A stretch of 64,000 nt of DNA from Lytechinus pictus (lineage: Eukaryota), in NCBI RefSeq assembly GCF_037042905.1, contig NC_087245.1:23438001-23502000 (forward strand). Reading direction: 5' to 3'. Below the pieces are notes generated by a model, which saw only the letters and a list, made by a program, of their open reading frames with translations, was not told the origin of the DNA and ran no database searches. This document shows positions 1-15,000 of this stretch, piece by piece. Made by a program: the position numbers and the translations under genes. Numbering within the stretch: position 1 is the first letter of the stretch; each line of letters opens with the position of its first letter.

Positions 1-97
1 GTTCTCTAGCTCCTCTGTGGTCATACACTGATGCCAATCCTTATCATCTCTAACCTTCTCCAGACGAGGGAATCGTAGGGTACATCCCGTCTTATAC
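1..97 (-). CDS. LIG4: LIG4 coding exon 19 (runs off the window)
   Basis: cag|[32 protein letters not shown], motif VI region. Confidence 0.95.
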
Positions 98-3000
98 CTG
101 GCCAAGAATAAAACAAAATACACTGATGTATCAAACAAGATGTATTAAACATCCATCAAGAATGAGATGGATGGCTCCCCTTGAAATGAAAAATAAATTC
201 AAGCATGAGAAAAAGTGAAAATATGAGAAAACTTCTTACTGATTTACACAGTTTTGATAATAAAGTGTTACTTTGAGGATATATTTGCAAAATATAATAA
301 CAATAAAAATAAGCATAATTTATAACACGATGTTACCAAGTGCTGCATATTATTACCACAGCTTTACCATGGCTACATGTACCTTTAATCAGGTACTTAC
401 ATTCAAAGAAATTCTTCCTACTGGATACCCATGTACAACACCTATTGTAAATAAATACCATGCCAAACAAAAGAAAGATAGCACATACATTGATCTGACA
501 TTTTCTAGTATTATTTTGGGAGTTAAATTTGTTGAGAAATCCCTGTTGGCATGAATCAGGTTTTTTTTTTTACTATGTACAATACAAGGGGTAATTGGCT
601 AATCCATGAAAGAGCAAACTTAGATTAAAGGATTAAAAAGATGTTTTATTTTCCCAAAATGAAATAGTTTTCAGGAATGTATTTGTAGGCAACAGCAGGT
701 TTCAATAATTCTGCTTTTAGACATTCGGCCTACAATATATAAACTTACGTATTTGATGAGTTGATTTCAGTAGCTTTGATCTGAACGATGAAAGAATTTT
801 GTGGCTCCACATAAAGTTCTGGTTTTTCCTAATAAAAAAACACAAATCATCTTCACTATAAAATGAAAAGATTACACAACTTATTAATATTTGTATAGCG
901 CAGTGCACATGTCCAAAAATAGCTCCTTTCATTTTGTGATTGCTTAAACATCATGTTTTCATAATAGGCTGTTGGATTTCTTCTCGTCACTATACCCTTT
1001 CACGTAATTAATTTTGCGCATTTTCTGTCATCCAAAAATAAGTACATTTATCAATTAATTAATTGCAAAATTTATTTTTTGATGCTGTATATACAGACCT
1101 ACCCTGTTTAATAAAATATCTTCAACTAAAAAAAAAAAAAAAAAAAATATTTGTATAGCGCAGCTTTTATATGGATATATTCGGCTGTGCTTGTTCAGAG
1201 CTCTTTTTACTTATGTCCACACAGCACATTTTCTTAACTAAAGAGATATGTTTTTAATTTTGATTTGAAGAGAGCCAAGGATGGAGAGCTTCTTATATCA
1301 ATTGGCAGGCTATTCCATAGTTTGGGGGCAGCAAGTGCAAATGCACGATAACCAAGTGTGACTTTTGTTTTGTAAAATGGGATCTGAAACAATAATTTAT
1401 CTGTGGAACTTCGCAGGCTTCGACATTGTGATTGGGTTTTAAGTTTGAGTAATTCTGTAATGTAATGTGGGGCTTGACCGATTAATGATTTATATACAAT
1501 TAACAGAATATTGAATGAAATTCTTTGACGTACAAGCAACCAGTGGAGTTCTCTCAGAAGAGGTGTAGTGGAACTGAACTTTGGGACATGGTAGATAAGT
1601 CTTGCACATGAATTTTTTACTCTTTGTAACTTAGAAATAAGACTATCAGGCATTCCAAACAACAAACCATTACAGTAGTCAAGCTTACTTGTAATCAGAG
1701 CATGTGCCACCAGTTTGATACTTTCTTGATCAAAGAATTTGCGAATGCGCCGAAGGTTATAGAGGAGATAATATGTTGATTTGCATACATTCGTGACTTA
1801 GGTTTCCATATTGAGGTTTGTATCAAAATAAACTCCTAAATTCCTTGCAGTATCAGAGGGTTTGACATTGGATACTCTAATTTTATACAGTTGATATTAA
1901 TTTTAGAGATCTGCTGTGAAGTGCCAATGAGCAAAAATTCACTTTTGCTATCATTTAATTTCAGATTATTATTGAGCATCCAGCTACAAATAAAAATGAT
2001 ACATTGTTCTAGCCTTGCAACACTTGTGTCTGCAGAGGTAGATGGCCTAAAAGGTATATACAATTGTGTGTCGCCGGCATAACAATGACAAGAAACTACT
2101 GGAAAATTATTCTGAGTGCTATTAATAAGGCTACTTGTGTATAATGCAAAAAGCAAGGGACCGAGTCGTGAGCCCTGGGGCATGCCAATAGGTACTGGGA
2201 AAGAATCTGAGACAGTACCATCAATAACAACTTTTTGAAGCCGATCAGACAAGTACGACTTGATCCAGTTGAGAGCAACACCATTGATACCGAAACAATT
2301 ATGTAAAATTTCCTAAAGTCTGGTGTGGTCTATAGTATCAAATGCGCTACTTAAGTCTAGTAATAATAGAAGAGTGACTTTCTGATTGTCCATTGCCATT
2401 AGAATATCACTCTTAATCCTAAGCAGCGCAGTTTCTGTACTATGACATTGTCTATATGCGGATTGATTGGTGTAAGAAGTGAATTACTATTGAGAAACTG
2501 TAAGATTTGTTGAGTGGCTGCACCTTCTACCAATTTTGAAATGTATTGTAAGTTGCTTACAATTCGTAGAACAACATTTTTATTATAAAGATTTAAATAT
2601 CTCCTGTTAGCAATGGTGGCGCTGTCAAGACATTTTGGCTGACCTAACAGACATCTACCATTGAAAGTAAGTTCAGTAATCTTCCTCTCATGAATATGTT
2701 CAGAAACATAAACTTGTTTCATTGGCCAAGTGATTACTGGAACTAGGTTGCCACTGTATTAACCCTCTGGAAATGAGAGAATTCAGGAGCTAATAGGTCA
2801 ATATTCTGTCCCGTGTAATGACCCATTACCAGGTAACATAAAAAGATACAATTCTAATATCAAAAGTAACTTCATTGCATGGTTTGCCACAGATTCAATA
2901 TCAGTTCAATTTTATTAACTTTCTTTCCATTTTCACTTCACTTCATGAACCTAAGCCATAATAATAATAATAATAATATGGAACATTTATATAGCGCTTT

Positions 3001-6000
3001 ATACAAATGTTTCTACCTGATTGGATGCTCGAGCATCCAAGGAATTCCTTCCTACTGGGTACCCATTTACTACACCTGGGTGGAGAGTGGCAAATGTAGA
3101 TAAAGGCCTTGCAAAAGGACGCGAGTGCTGTGGTGGGGTTTGAACCCCGGACCCTGTGATAATTTGAGAGCCTTACACCTTTTTCATAGGCGAACATTTC
3201 AGGAAGGTCCTGCATATATGTGGTTGGTTTACATACTTGATTATAAGTTTGATTGCATCTTTTGTGAAATAGGGGTTTTGGTGTGTTTGACTTACCCTTG
3301 TGCACTGTAACCATCTAGGCGGGTTTTCCTTATCATATTTCTTCCAGTGTTTGGCAAGTTTCTGGTTGAATTCATACAGTTCCTGTAAGGTGTACCCTGA
3401 TCCAACCTACATGCACAAGAACAATATAAACTCAGATTGTCAATTCCCATTTTCAATATTTCATTTATCCCCTAAAACTAGCATAAGGAATCAACAAGAA
3501 ATATTGCACTAAATCAAATTTTAAAGACATTGTTTAATTCAATGATGAAATTGCATGTAAAAAGATATATCTGCTTAAGTTTCAAAATGATTTAGCATTG
3601 CCTCAGTTACAGGTAAATGAAAGAATTCTTCAAATGATCAATCTCCTGGATTTCATTGACATAGTAAGATATTTCAATTCTACAATTTATACTTTTTATC
3701 TATGCTAGTGGCTGGGAATTGCCTAATTTTCACAAGCAGTTGCATTTTCTACTCTCATGATTAAAGGACTTCGACAGACAGACATACTAAGGCAACTCTT
3801 ACCTTGCAAAATGAGTAAAAGATCTTTGGGTGGTCTCCTTCCCTGCTAGGTGGAACAGCTACTGCGCACAAGAAGTGAGAGATGAGCTGTGCCCGAAACT
3901 GATCAAGCAAAATGGGTGAAATAACAAAATACTGTTACATCAAAATGATGATTGGAGAAGTGATGAACTCTTTCCCATAAAGGTACGCATTAACTTTATA
4001 ATATATTTTATTTTATAATATCATGCAGAAACAAGCTAAATGTAACAATGAATTGTGTTTAACATTGGGCTATACTAGTATCAATCTAAAGCTATTTTAC
4101 AAATGTTACAAAATATTTCCCTACACAAATATCCATGGAAAACTTTTTTACTCTCCAATATGATTATTAAACAGGAAAGTAAATTTAATAACTTTGATTT
4201 CAAATGGCTGTGTTAAAAATATGATACAGCAATGGCTGTATCATATTCTGACATTGCAGGAATGCAAAGTTGGCTGCCATACTAGTGTGCAAAGTTTATG
4301 ATTGTGAAGAGCAGGAAAGCAATCTGACAGACAGACATTACATGTACTCACAAGAACCTACCTTTATCATCAAATGTGATTAATCAGTACCCATCTCATA
4401 CAGATTGAGCACATCTTTACCTTCTAACGATACTCTATTTATGTGTATCTGTCTTACCCCTTTTCCAAAGTAGCCTCCTACTACCAGTAAGTCTAACTCA
4501 TCCATCAGATTGTCTACATACTCAGGTTTGATCTTCAACCAACCACTGCCTATCAGGAGAAATAATGAAAGAATTCAAACAAATATTGGTGATTATCATC
4601 TATATAGAGCTTTTTAACGATGCATTAAAAGTGTGTATTTTGGTCTGCATCGGTTGCCCGTGCAGTATCAGAGCATATTCCTAAAAAGGACCGAATTCCA
4701 ACGAATACCCCAAAGGCTCCTGTATATAATTTGCTATTGAATATGAGAGCAGATTCAACAGTATAGTGCACATGTGCTGAGTATCGAACGACTCTCCCTA
4801 TAGGCTTACGTGCAAAACCGGCAGACGACACACACAATATCGCACTACACAATATCGTTTACATCGCAAAAAAAATGGCAGCCTCCAAGGAGTCTAGATT
4901 TGTTTTGCTTCAGAGGATGATTTCGATGACATTTTGAGGAACAAGGAGGCCAAGAATACAAGGAAAGCTACAAGAAAATCAGTGACATTGTTTTGAGCCT
5001 ATCTGCTGGAGAAAGGACATAGCAAAGACTTTGAAAACCTTGACAAAACAACGCTCGCTTCACTGCTGGGGAGATTCTACTTGGAAGCAAGAAAAACCGA
5101 TGGTGATTTCTACAAAACCACTTTGCTTTGCTGCATTCACGCTGGTCTCAATCGCTTCCTTAACAAGGAGTATCATCATGGAATCATTTACAAAATTAAG
5201 GACAGTATATTTACAGAGGCAAATGTTTCCTTTCGGGCAGCTACTGTCCAACTCAAGAAGCTGGGAAAGGGGGATGTAGCTCATCATACACCTCTTGATA
5301 AGAATGACATTAGAGCATTGTATAGCTCTAAATCAGGTGTCTTTGATCAGTCAAGTCCAAGTGGCTTACAGAAGAAAGTTGGTTTGAACTTATGATTTAT
5401 ATTTGCCGTAGAGGTCGCAAGAATCTCAGGGACCTAAAGAAGGATCATTTTCAGGTCTACAGGGACTCGGGGATGGATTTGACTATGTATGTCCCTTAAG
5501 CCAAAGATGAATTGACAAAAAAAAACTTGTGAGGATCGTTCAACGCGAATTGACTGTGGGAGGATGTACCAAACAGGAGACAAAGATTGCCCAGTTTCTT
5601 CATTTAAGGAATACATTTCTCAGCTCAACCCATTGTGTGAAGCATTCTTCCAAACCCCTAAAACAGCCGCACCGAGTACAGGGGCAAGGTACAAAAACTG
5701 TCCAATGGGATTGAACCAGTTGGGTAATATGATGGCCCAGTTATGAAGATCTGCCAACCTATCGAGAGTCTACATGAATTACTGTCTTAGAGCCATAAGT
5801 ATAACCATACTTGATAAAACTGGATTTGCTTCACATGAGATTTGTCAAGAGTCCAGTCATAGAAATGAAGGGAGCCTAGTTTCATACGTTGGCCTTGTTG
5901 GCGAGGACAGGAAACAAAAGAGATGTCTCATGCTCTATCACGAGCTCTAGGCAAAGTGAAAGAACCAGAGAAGAACGCATGAAAACTGAAAAGCCATCAA

Positions 6001-9000
6001 CCTGTAGGCCCCCTAAGCCTAGGCCAAGACTAGCCCCAGCAACCGTAAGCAGACCCCCTGATCATGATGCAGCACCAACAGGTATTGAAACTGGGCTTAA
6101 CAATAGACCTACGGCTAGGCCTAATCTAGTTACTGAGGAGGAAGTGAACTTTGACCTTGAGTACAATGTAGAACTAACTAGTTCCCAAGAAATTGAGGAA
6201 TTTAATCTTAGTCAGTCTGAGACAACAGCAGAAGGAAACACCACCAAATCCACATTTGCTCGCAGTTCTGTATCCAGTAGTCATAACACCATGACATCAA
6301 GAGCGCATACCATGCATTTTCAGCAGAGTCCGTTCGTTCTGAACAACTGTAACGTAACCATAAATTATTACACAAACTAAACTTTTGTTGTGATTTGAAA
6401 ATAGACAAATTGGAGTTTGCTGCCATTTTGTCTCAACCTGTTGCAGTTCATCAGTGTTTTTAAAGTGTTAGACTAGTTACGAACAGTTGAATACCAAGTG
6501 ATTGAGGATTTCTTTTTTACTTGGATATGACTAAAGTTTGCTGCCATTTTTCTCAGCTTGGCATGTTCCTGTTTTTCAGTTTAGTGTTTAAAATTTTTAG
6601 AGTTGGATACCAAGTGAATAGGATTTTGTGCATCATGGAATATCAGTTTAGTGCAATGCTAAGTAGGCCTAGTTCTTTTTACCATTCATTCTGAATGTTT
6701 ATTGTTAAAGATGATAATAATTATATTGGATAGCTTAACTTCATGGGATACCAGAAATATTCCACTCGTTAGGGTCAATATTCCATTAAAAATTTCATCT
6801 TCGATTTGTGGAATATTGACCCTAACTCATGGAATATTTCCAGTATCCCATTCAGAGCCATCCAATATAATATTAATATCCTCCTTGTCACCACAACTCA
6901 TAAAACATAAGAGATAAATGAAATAATTCTAAAGATAATTGATGCTCGTACATGTATTCTGGTTTATTAATTAAGAGTCGTACCAAATACTAAATTCCAG
7001 GTTATCAATATCAATTTACACAGAAAGGTGAACAAAATTATCTTAAATTTCATACAAATTACATTGCTGAAAAATTGGGGTAAAGTGCAATTTTATTGGC
7101 CTACAACTATTATTTCCAGGAAGAAATTAAGAACGATAAATGGGCTTTCTGCATCTCTTCACATAAGTAAGGAAATCATCAATTACGTAAAAGTGGTATC
7201 CTGCTCTTGGAATGTCTTCATACACGGATCAAACAAGAAATGGTTCAAATGTACAAACAGAATTTTAATGCAGCTGCTGTGTACAGTATAGTGTGTTTCT
7301 GTATTTGATTAAAACATTCTTTTTTTTGGGGGGGGGGGGGGGTGGGTAGAAATTTTCTTATCAATGTAACTCATATACGACACCTTGCATTCAGGGGTAT
7401 ACACCTCTGCAATAAAAGTAATGTTTTAATGAACAAAATAATTCAGACCTTTCCTCTTATCCGGCCGATAGGTTGATTCTGGATGTTTGACGACAATTCC
7501 TTCTTCTCGTCTATCTATAGCGTCATTCAATGCCTCAACAACCTCAGCCCTGAAAAGGTAAACAGAGCCTCAATCACTGCACAAAATCATTGGCAGAAAC
7601 GCCCTTTATACATGTACATGTATGTATAGTCCTGATAGGGACTGTTTTTTATTTTTTTCCAGTGAAAGTTCTGACAAAACTGCATGTTTACATTTTTACC
7701 AAAAGAATACAAAATATTATTTGTCAGGACTATATTCATGGTGTTTCCACAAACATTTTCTTCTAGATTTGCTATCATACACACACTTAAAGCTCATAAA
7801 AAAATACCCGAATAGTTATCAGGGGTATGTAACATTCTATTTGAATGAAATAATAAAGAATGGCCACATCAAAGCGAGTTGGTATTCAGGGAAAAGTGAA
7901 AGGTCTTTTCCTTTTAATCGTTTATTAGTGAGACAATAATATACTGTGGTATAATTGTATCAAAGGAAAATTAAGAAAACGCCGCTGCCCCCCCCCCCCC
8001 CCCCCACATAAACATGAAGGTTTTTTTTTTATGATGGCGAGAGGCTCCCATGACTCATTAGTTGAAATATTCCAGATTATTCAACATTCACTCAATGCAC
8101 AAATACAAGAATTGCACTAAATTATGCAAAATGACTACATGTACCTGCCCTTGGGTTAGAAGAGTCATTTGCGATATAGAATAAGGTGTTGATTAATTTG
8201 TATTTGGATGCTGGGTAGGTTACTGTATTCAATGAGTGGTAGACTACACCACTTGAGGCTTTAGAAAGACATGCTTTTGTTTCCCTAGGGGATTATCAGT
8301 ACAACAAAAGATACAGACCTGGGGGCCGTTTCATAAAGCTGTTCGTAAGTTAAGAGCGACTTTAAGAACGACTGGTGATCCTTTATTGTGGTAAATGGTA
8401 TATTCATTGGCGATGGTTACGCGCGTAAGAAAGGTTCACCAGTCGTTCTTAAAGTCGCTCTTAACTTACGAACAGCTTTATGAAACACCCACCAGGATAC
8501 TTGGTACTTTAATTGGCATCTTGTATTATCATAATATAAGTCTTTAACAACTCTTTTCATACTACAAAGAACTTGGGGATTAAACAGTCTACGTGTATTG
8601 TGCCTATAAAATCATGCGTTTATATATTGCAGACTATATATTCCCCAATCTGACCACCACTCCTTTCAATCTCTCCCAAATGATCATGACATTCCTACCC
8701 TTTCCCCAACAAAATAAGTGATTCCCTAAATCTATTCATAAGCGAGTAAATAAAGTCATTATTAACACTTACTTTGTAGCTGCATCTCTCCTTTCTACCA
8801 AGACCATTCTTCCTTCTACTACAGTGAATACTCTACAATGAAATGAATACAATAAAAAAAAAACATTACGCCAGACATTATTTTGGGATGCCAGTTGGAA
8901 TTGATCAGAGGGCCTGAAAATCACCTAGAATACAATATTTTGTACACAAAAATGCTAAAACTATGGCCTGAAAATAAAGTGCCAGAGCCTGAATTCAGGC

Positions 9001-12000
9001 TTTTGCCTGAAAACTGGCATCCCTATAGGTCCCCATTGCATATAAGTTACCATTATGGTAACTTTGTCATGCAATGGTATCTTGCACGGAATCCTTGATT
9101 TTGATTGGCTGTTGATCATCGTTACCATGGTAGTTATCATTGGATGGCATAGATACCATAATGGTAACTTTTATACAATGGGGCCTAGGACTGAAAGTCT
9201 GTCATGAGAGGTTGTAATAAAATCATTGAAAATATGAGATTGAAGAAATAGTTTGATGTTGGGCATTGCTATTGTGTTTACCTGTGATCTAGCCATATGA
9301 TCGTTTACGTCCAAGTCACATTTTTTGGAGAGTGGTATAAAAAGCCAGTCCAAAGACATAAATTATCACACCTGGGGAGCATTTCATGAAAGGACTAGTC
9401 AGACCTTTTGTCCGACAAAGTGTGTTTATCCAACAGTTACCATAGTAACAGTGTTTCTCAGCCATTAAGAATCAAGGAAACAAATGTTGATAAAATGCTC
9501 CTCTGATTGGAACAAGTTTGCCAAAAACATACATGTGCAATGGTGAAGTAATAATGGTAATTTACTGCACTTTTGTGAGGCATACACCATAGCATAGTCA
9601 AACTACTATTACTACTACTCTGCATAAACATAACTCTCACTAAGAATAGTATGCATTAATAACATGGTAATTCAAATACTAATTTTCTAAGCACTTACTT
9701 TGGTAGGTAGCTGAGCCTTTCCTTCAAAGGTCGGTTTGCAAGTTTGGTGTCATTTACAAGGAGAACATCAAAGACAGCATAACATACCTGAACATCTAAA
9801 ATGAGGAATCCAATCATTAAAATCTAAATATACACACTGTTTAAAACAAAATGGATTCAACATTATGTTTAAAAGACACAAGTGAAGTTAGAAGTAATTG
9901 ATTCTAAAAATGTAGGCCTACAATAGTACCTGCAGCTGGTAAGTTTACAAGATCCAAAGTGCTCGACCCACCACTGCTATCCCTTTCCATTGCTTAATTT
10001 ATATCAGAAGTGTGCAAATATACTGATATACGGTATGAAATAAACAAACCCAACATGCACCTCTAAAATCAACTCAAACAACTAATATAACAACTGAATT
10101 ATAATGAACCTTTGTACGGTGCAAAAAAGGGGTTTTGTGAATATAAACATTTGTATTGCAAATATGAAATTATATCGCAATTTTTTTTTCTCACCTAAGA
10201 TCTCAGTTAATAGTTGATAGTTGCATATCACTACAGACTACACTTCCATTAGTGCAGAATTTATTCAGATAATGATGATTATACTTGCTGTTATCGAATG
10301 CTTAACACATAATCCATCAGAAGCCTCTCAGCGCTCTACAATAATGCATCATAATTACCATGGCTTTAGCCGAGCAGCTGAAAAACACTTGCTGTTTCAA
10401 CAAATTAATTCTTGCCAGGTCCCTTTTCACCTGGGTTGAGTGAAGCACAATATGGCTACATTTCTTGCTAAAGGAAATTAATGCATCATGGGTTAGGATT
10501 TGAACCAGTGACCTTTGATGAAGTGATGCAAGTCAGAACTGCACAAAAGCACACTCTATTATGAGTAATACAGAGTTAAATAAAAAAATGCTTTAAATTT
10601 CAAATTCATATTTACCTTCATCATCACGCAAGCTTTTGATATCAAAGTTTTCTCCTTTTGAACTGTATTTAGAAAAGAGACATATTCTCGGTTAAGAAGT
10701 TGAAAGTTGAATGTGGGTGATATTACTGACTCAAATTGATCTCATTTTAATCAATCTTTATTCCAGTTACCTCACATTAAATTTCGTAGATGAGGAGGCT
10801 ATGCTATTTTTTTTCTCACAGTGAAAAACTTGTCATAATATCACTGTTTAATACCTACCCAGAGCATTTCATTCATATTTTTTTCAGGTATTTTGAGTTA
10901 TTATCTAGCTCTCCACACATATTTGACTTTGACTTATAAATAATGATAAAATAAATAATATGTCCATTTATATAGCGCAGTTACTTTGTGCATTTATTAT
11001 TAAATTATAATCTCAAAATGTTCCCTGATGTTGTTTACGGAGAGTCCACTTTCATATGCCTGAATAAATATTTGTGTATGACAATAAAAACTTGTTTCTT
11101 CTATATCATATCAAAATTTGAAAATACTTGATATACTCACATGAAAGCTTTTGTATCAGCATTGTATGCACACATTTCACCATCCAATATACAGGAATGG
11201 ACATTACTGTAAAGAGAGATATGAGAGTCATGAACAATTCAAATTTTGTCTATTATCAAAGAATTAAATATTCCCATTCTTACTGCCCATTTACTCTTTT
11301 TAACCCATATACATCATATATCACATATATGGACTAAAACGTGAGTCAGATGGTACTCTTGGGACATTATTAGTGTGTTTGAAGAAAGATAATTGAGCGG
11401 AGAGCACAAATAAATAGTTTAATAACTAAAGGGTAGCCACAGAGTGAAGCGAATAGACCAGATTTCAAAAACAAGATCAACAGATAGAGGGAGAGATTTT
11501 ACTCATTCTGACAAAATTTAGTGGCAGGATAAAAAGAATCATCGGCTACATGAAGATCAAGATGACTCACCTCTTAAAACAGTTTGCAATGTATGGTGTC
11601 AAGCTTCCTTCCATTGGACTCTTTCCAAATGACCCAGAATAATCATGAGATCTATAAAAAAACAAAACAGGAGACATGGGAGACCATTTAATTAACAATT
11701 AGAGTACATAGGAAACTTCATAATAATCATGAAAACAAAAATAAAAAAGATAGATGAAAACCCATCATAAGGAAAAAAAATGTATGAGAACATAAAAAAA
11801 CAGCATACTACTTTCATTTTCATTTCCATTAAAAACTGAGGTCATGTTTAATTGGATATCTATTTGGAAATTCCTCTCAAACATATTTCTAAGTTGACCT
11901 CTTTTTAAGTCTCCAAAGATGAATTTTCTATTAGGAGAGTGCGCCCTCACCCTTGCTCGGACAACATGTCATCCAGCTAAACCCTTCAAAATTATATCAA

Positions 12001-15000
12001 ATCTGCTGGTGAGAAGTTTTGGTGGTATTTTTCATGTGAGTAATATTGTTAACTGTAATACATAGATTAAGAGTGAACATTATGCCTTTCAAACGTACTC
12101 TAGCAACCCCTGAAAAAGGGATATCCGAACCCCCGAAAAAATCTAGTGCGTCCAGCGGTTCGCACAGCGAAGTTCAACCCGGTGGGTCCGGGGGAACCGT
12201 AGGCGACCAATGTGCTCCAGAGTGGTTTACTTGCTTTCTTCAGAAGTTCTCAAAGCTGGAAGAAAAAATCGACAACCTTGTGATTAAGAGGCTGGAGGTT
12301 ATTGCACAAAAGGCCCAGATGAATGAGGAGAAAATTGAGGCATGTGGTGTTCAGCTGAATGAAGTTGTAGCTGAGGTGAGAAAGCTCAGGAGTGAAAAAG
12401 AGGAGTTGGACGCAAAGTTAGATGATCTCGAGAATAGGGCTAGGAGGAACAATCTTATCTTACACGGCATCCCTGAGGTAAAGAAAGAAGTTTGTGAGAC
12501 AACCATTCGTGAGTTCTTGTCTGGTTTTGTTGGGGTGTCTGAATCTGATTTCACCATTGAGAGATGCCACCGTACCCCTACTGTTAGGCGAGAAGGTCAC
12601 GATGATTCTAAACCTAGAATTATCCATATTGCCTTCACCTCGTATGTGATGAAGGAAAAGGTCAGGAAAGCTAGCATCGCCAAACTCAAAGAGGCAGGTC
12701 TGTACAAAGGGAGTCGAGTCTTTGTTTCTGAGGACTTTTCACAAAAAGTACTGAACAAAAGGAGAGAGAAGAAGGAGCAACGACTTCAGTTGAAGGCGGA
12801 GGGGAAAAAACCCTTCTTCATGTACCCGGCAAGACTGGCCTATAGGGATAAGGACGGGAGGCTAATAATTGTCTAGCCTGCTGGAGTGTAAATCTAAGAC
12901 TGTCAAGTTCACAGGACTTTTTTACTGGTTACATGTAGATTTCTTTTAAATCACCAACTCTAGTTTTAACATATTTTTCTGTTCTTACATGTGACACCGT
13001 AACCTTCTAATTCTTGAAATTTTACGAGATATGGTTGGATTATTAAAAAAAAATTTTTTTAGAAGATCCCTTTTTTCTAATAAACAAGGCTAACTATATT
13101 ACTTTAATCAATGTATACCAGCTAGATTTGGTTTTTTTTTCATGCATTTATATATATTTTTTTGCTTTCAAACCGTTACACTTGCCAAAACTGTTTTCTG
13201 ATTTGAAGTTTTGGCACTTTGTGTTTGCACTCTTTCATCTTCTGCCAGAATGAAAGTTTTGATATTGTTTTTTACTTTATTTTTTTCTTGTGACAAGTAC
13301 AGTATTGAAATTTTTTACAATGTTTTAAGATTGTTAAAATCTTCTCATGCAATGATGGTTTTAAACCAATATGCCAGGTTAATTGTTCCTATTTGTAAGG
13401 GGTCTCCTTTTATCAGTGTTTTTTGTGAACATTAATGTTACTCAAATTATGTACTTTTAATTGTAGGGGTTTGCAAGATTTTGTAAGCGCAGAAAAATCT
13501 TTCACTTTCTACGTAACACTGATTGTGATATTATTTTACTTCAGGAAACTCATTGTGGTAAAGATGACGAGAAATTCTGGAAATCCCAGTGGGGTGAGCA
13601 CTGTTGGTTTACTAACTTCTCTTCCAATAGTCGGGGTGTTGCAATACTAATACAAAATTCTATCTCAGTGAGAATGAAGTCATCCTTCTATGACCCTCAA
13701 GGTAGATTTTTAATTCTGAATTGTTTTTTGAATGACATACATTTGACTATTGTTAGCATTTATGCTCCCAACAACGATGACCCTAATTTTTTTCTAGAGA
13801 CATTTGCAGAAATGGACAAGTTTGAAAATTCGTTCTTAATCTTGGGCGGAGACTTCAATGCCACCCTTAGTGATATAGATTACCAGGGTACAAGACACCG
13901 TCATTCAAATGTTAGGGCTAGCAATATGATTTCAGATCTCATGGAAGAATACAACTTAATTGATGTTTGGAGACATTTTCATCCAACACAGCGACAATAT
14001 ACACGACATCAAAAGTCACCCCAAGTTCTCTCTAGATTGGATTACATTTTGGTTTCTAGTGATTTTATAGGTAACTGCGTTAAGTCGAAAATATCCCCTG
14101 GAATCCAATCTGACCATTCCATAGTATCTATACATTTCAACGATAATAGTCCCAAAAGAGGTAAAGGATATTGGAAGCTTAATTGTTACTATTTACATCA
14201 TGATGCAGAATATATAAATTTGATTAAGGAGAAGATCTCTGAATTTAAAAAAATCATAAGGATTCTGAATGTAATCCAAACACTCTGTGGGATGCCCTTA
14301 AATGTGTAATTACTGGTTGCAGTATGGAATACTTTGCCAGAAAAAAGAAAGAAAGGAAAAAAGAAAAGGATCATCTCAATAAAGAAATTGAGATAATGAA
14401 GTCTCAACTAAGTGAAAATGTCTCCAAGAATAAACAACTTTTAGCAAATATAGCTGATCTGGAAGATAAATTGGATAAATTATATGATTTCGAGACAAAA
14501 GGTTTGATAATCAGATCCAGGGTCAGATGGTTAGAAGAAGGAGAAAAGAATTCAAAATATTTTTGTAATTTAGAAAATAGATCTTGGCAGAAAAAAACTA
14601 TCAGTACAATCAAGGATGGAGAGGGAAAGTTGTCTTCTGACCCAGATAAGATATTAAAAGAAATTCATGACTTTTATGAAAACTTGTATAGTAATTCCCA
14701 ACATCAGAATAGCTCAGATGATAATTTCCAAGATCTATTTAATAAGATAAATATTCCTAAATTAACAGATAGTGAAAAAGAATTATTAGAAAAACCACTT
14801 TCAAAACAAGAGATAGTTGATGTCATTAAATCTATAAAAACCAACAAAGCCCCTGGCTTTGATGGTCTTCCTATTGAATTTTACGTAGAGTTTTGGCCGG
14901 ATATATGTGATATGCTATTAGATTCTTTTAATTTTTCTCTACGAAGTGGGATGATGTCATTATCACAAAGAAATGGTATTATAACCCTCCTTCCGAAAAA

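Noticed and set aside
2600..2780. Possible extra LIG4 exon / ORF 2399-2722
   Set aside because: Exons 17 and 18 join directly in frame with no missing conserved sequence; only the 3' half of the ORF is LINE RT.
5889..6380. Stand-alone 163-aa gene
   Set aside because: Lies inside the Crypton element directly after the recombinase domain; most likely its frameshifted low-complexity C-terminus.
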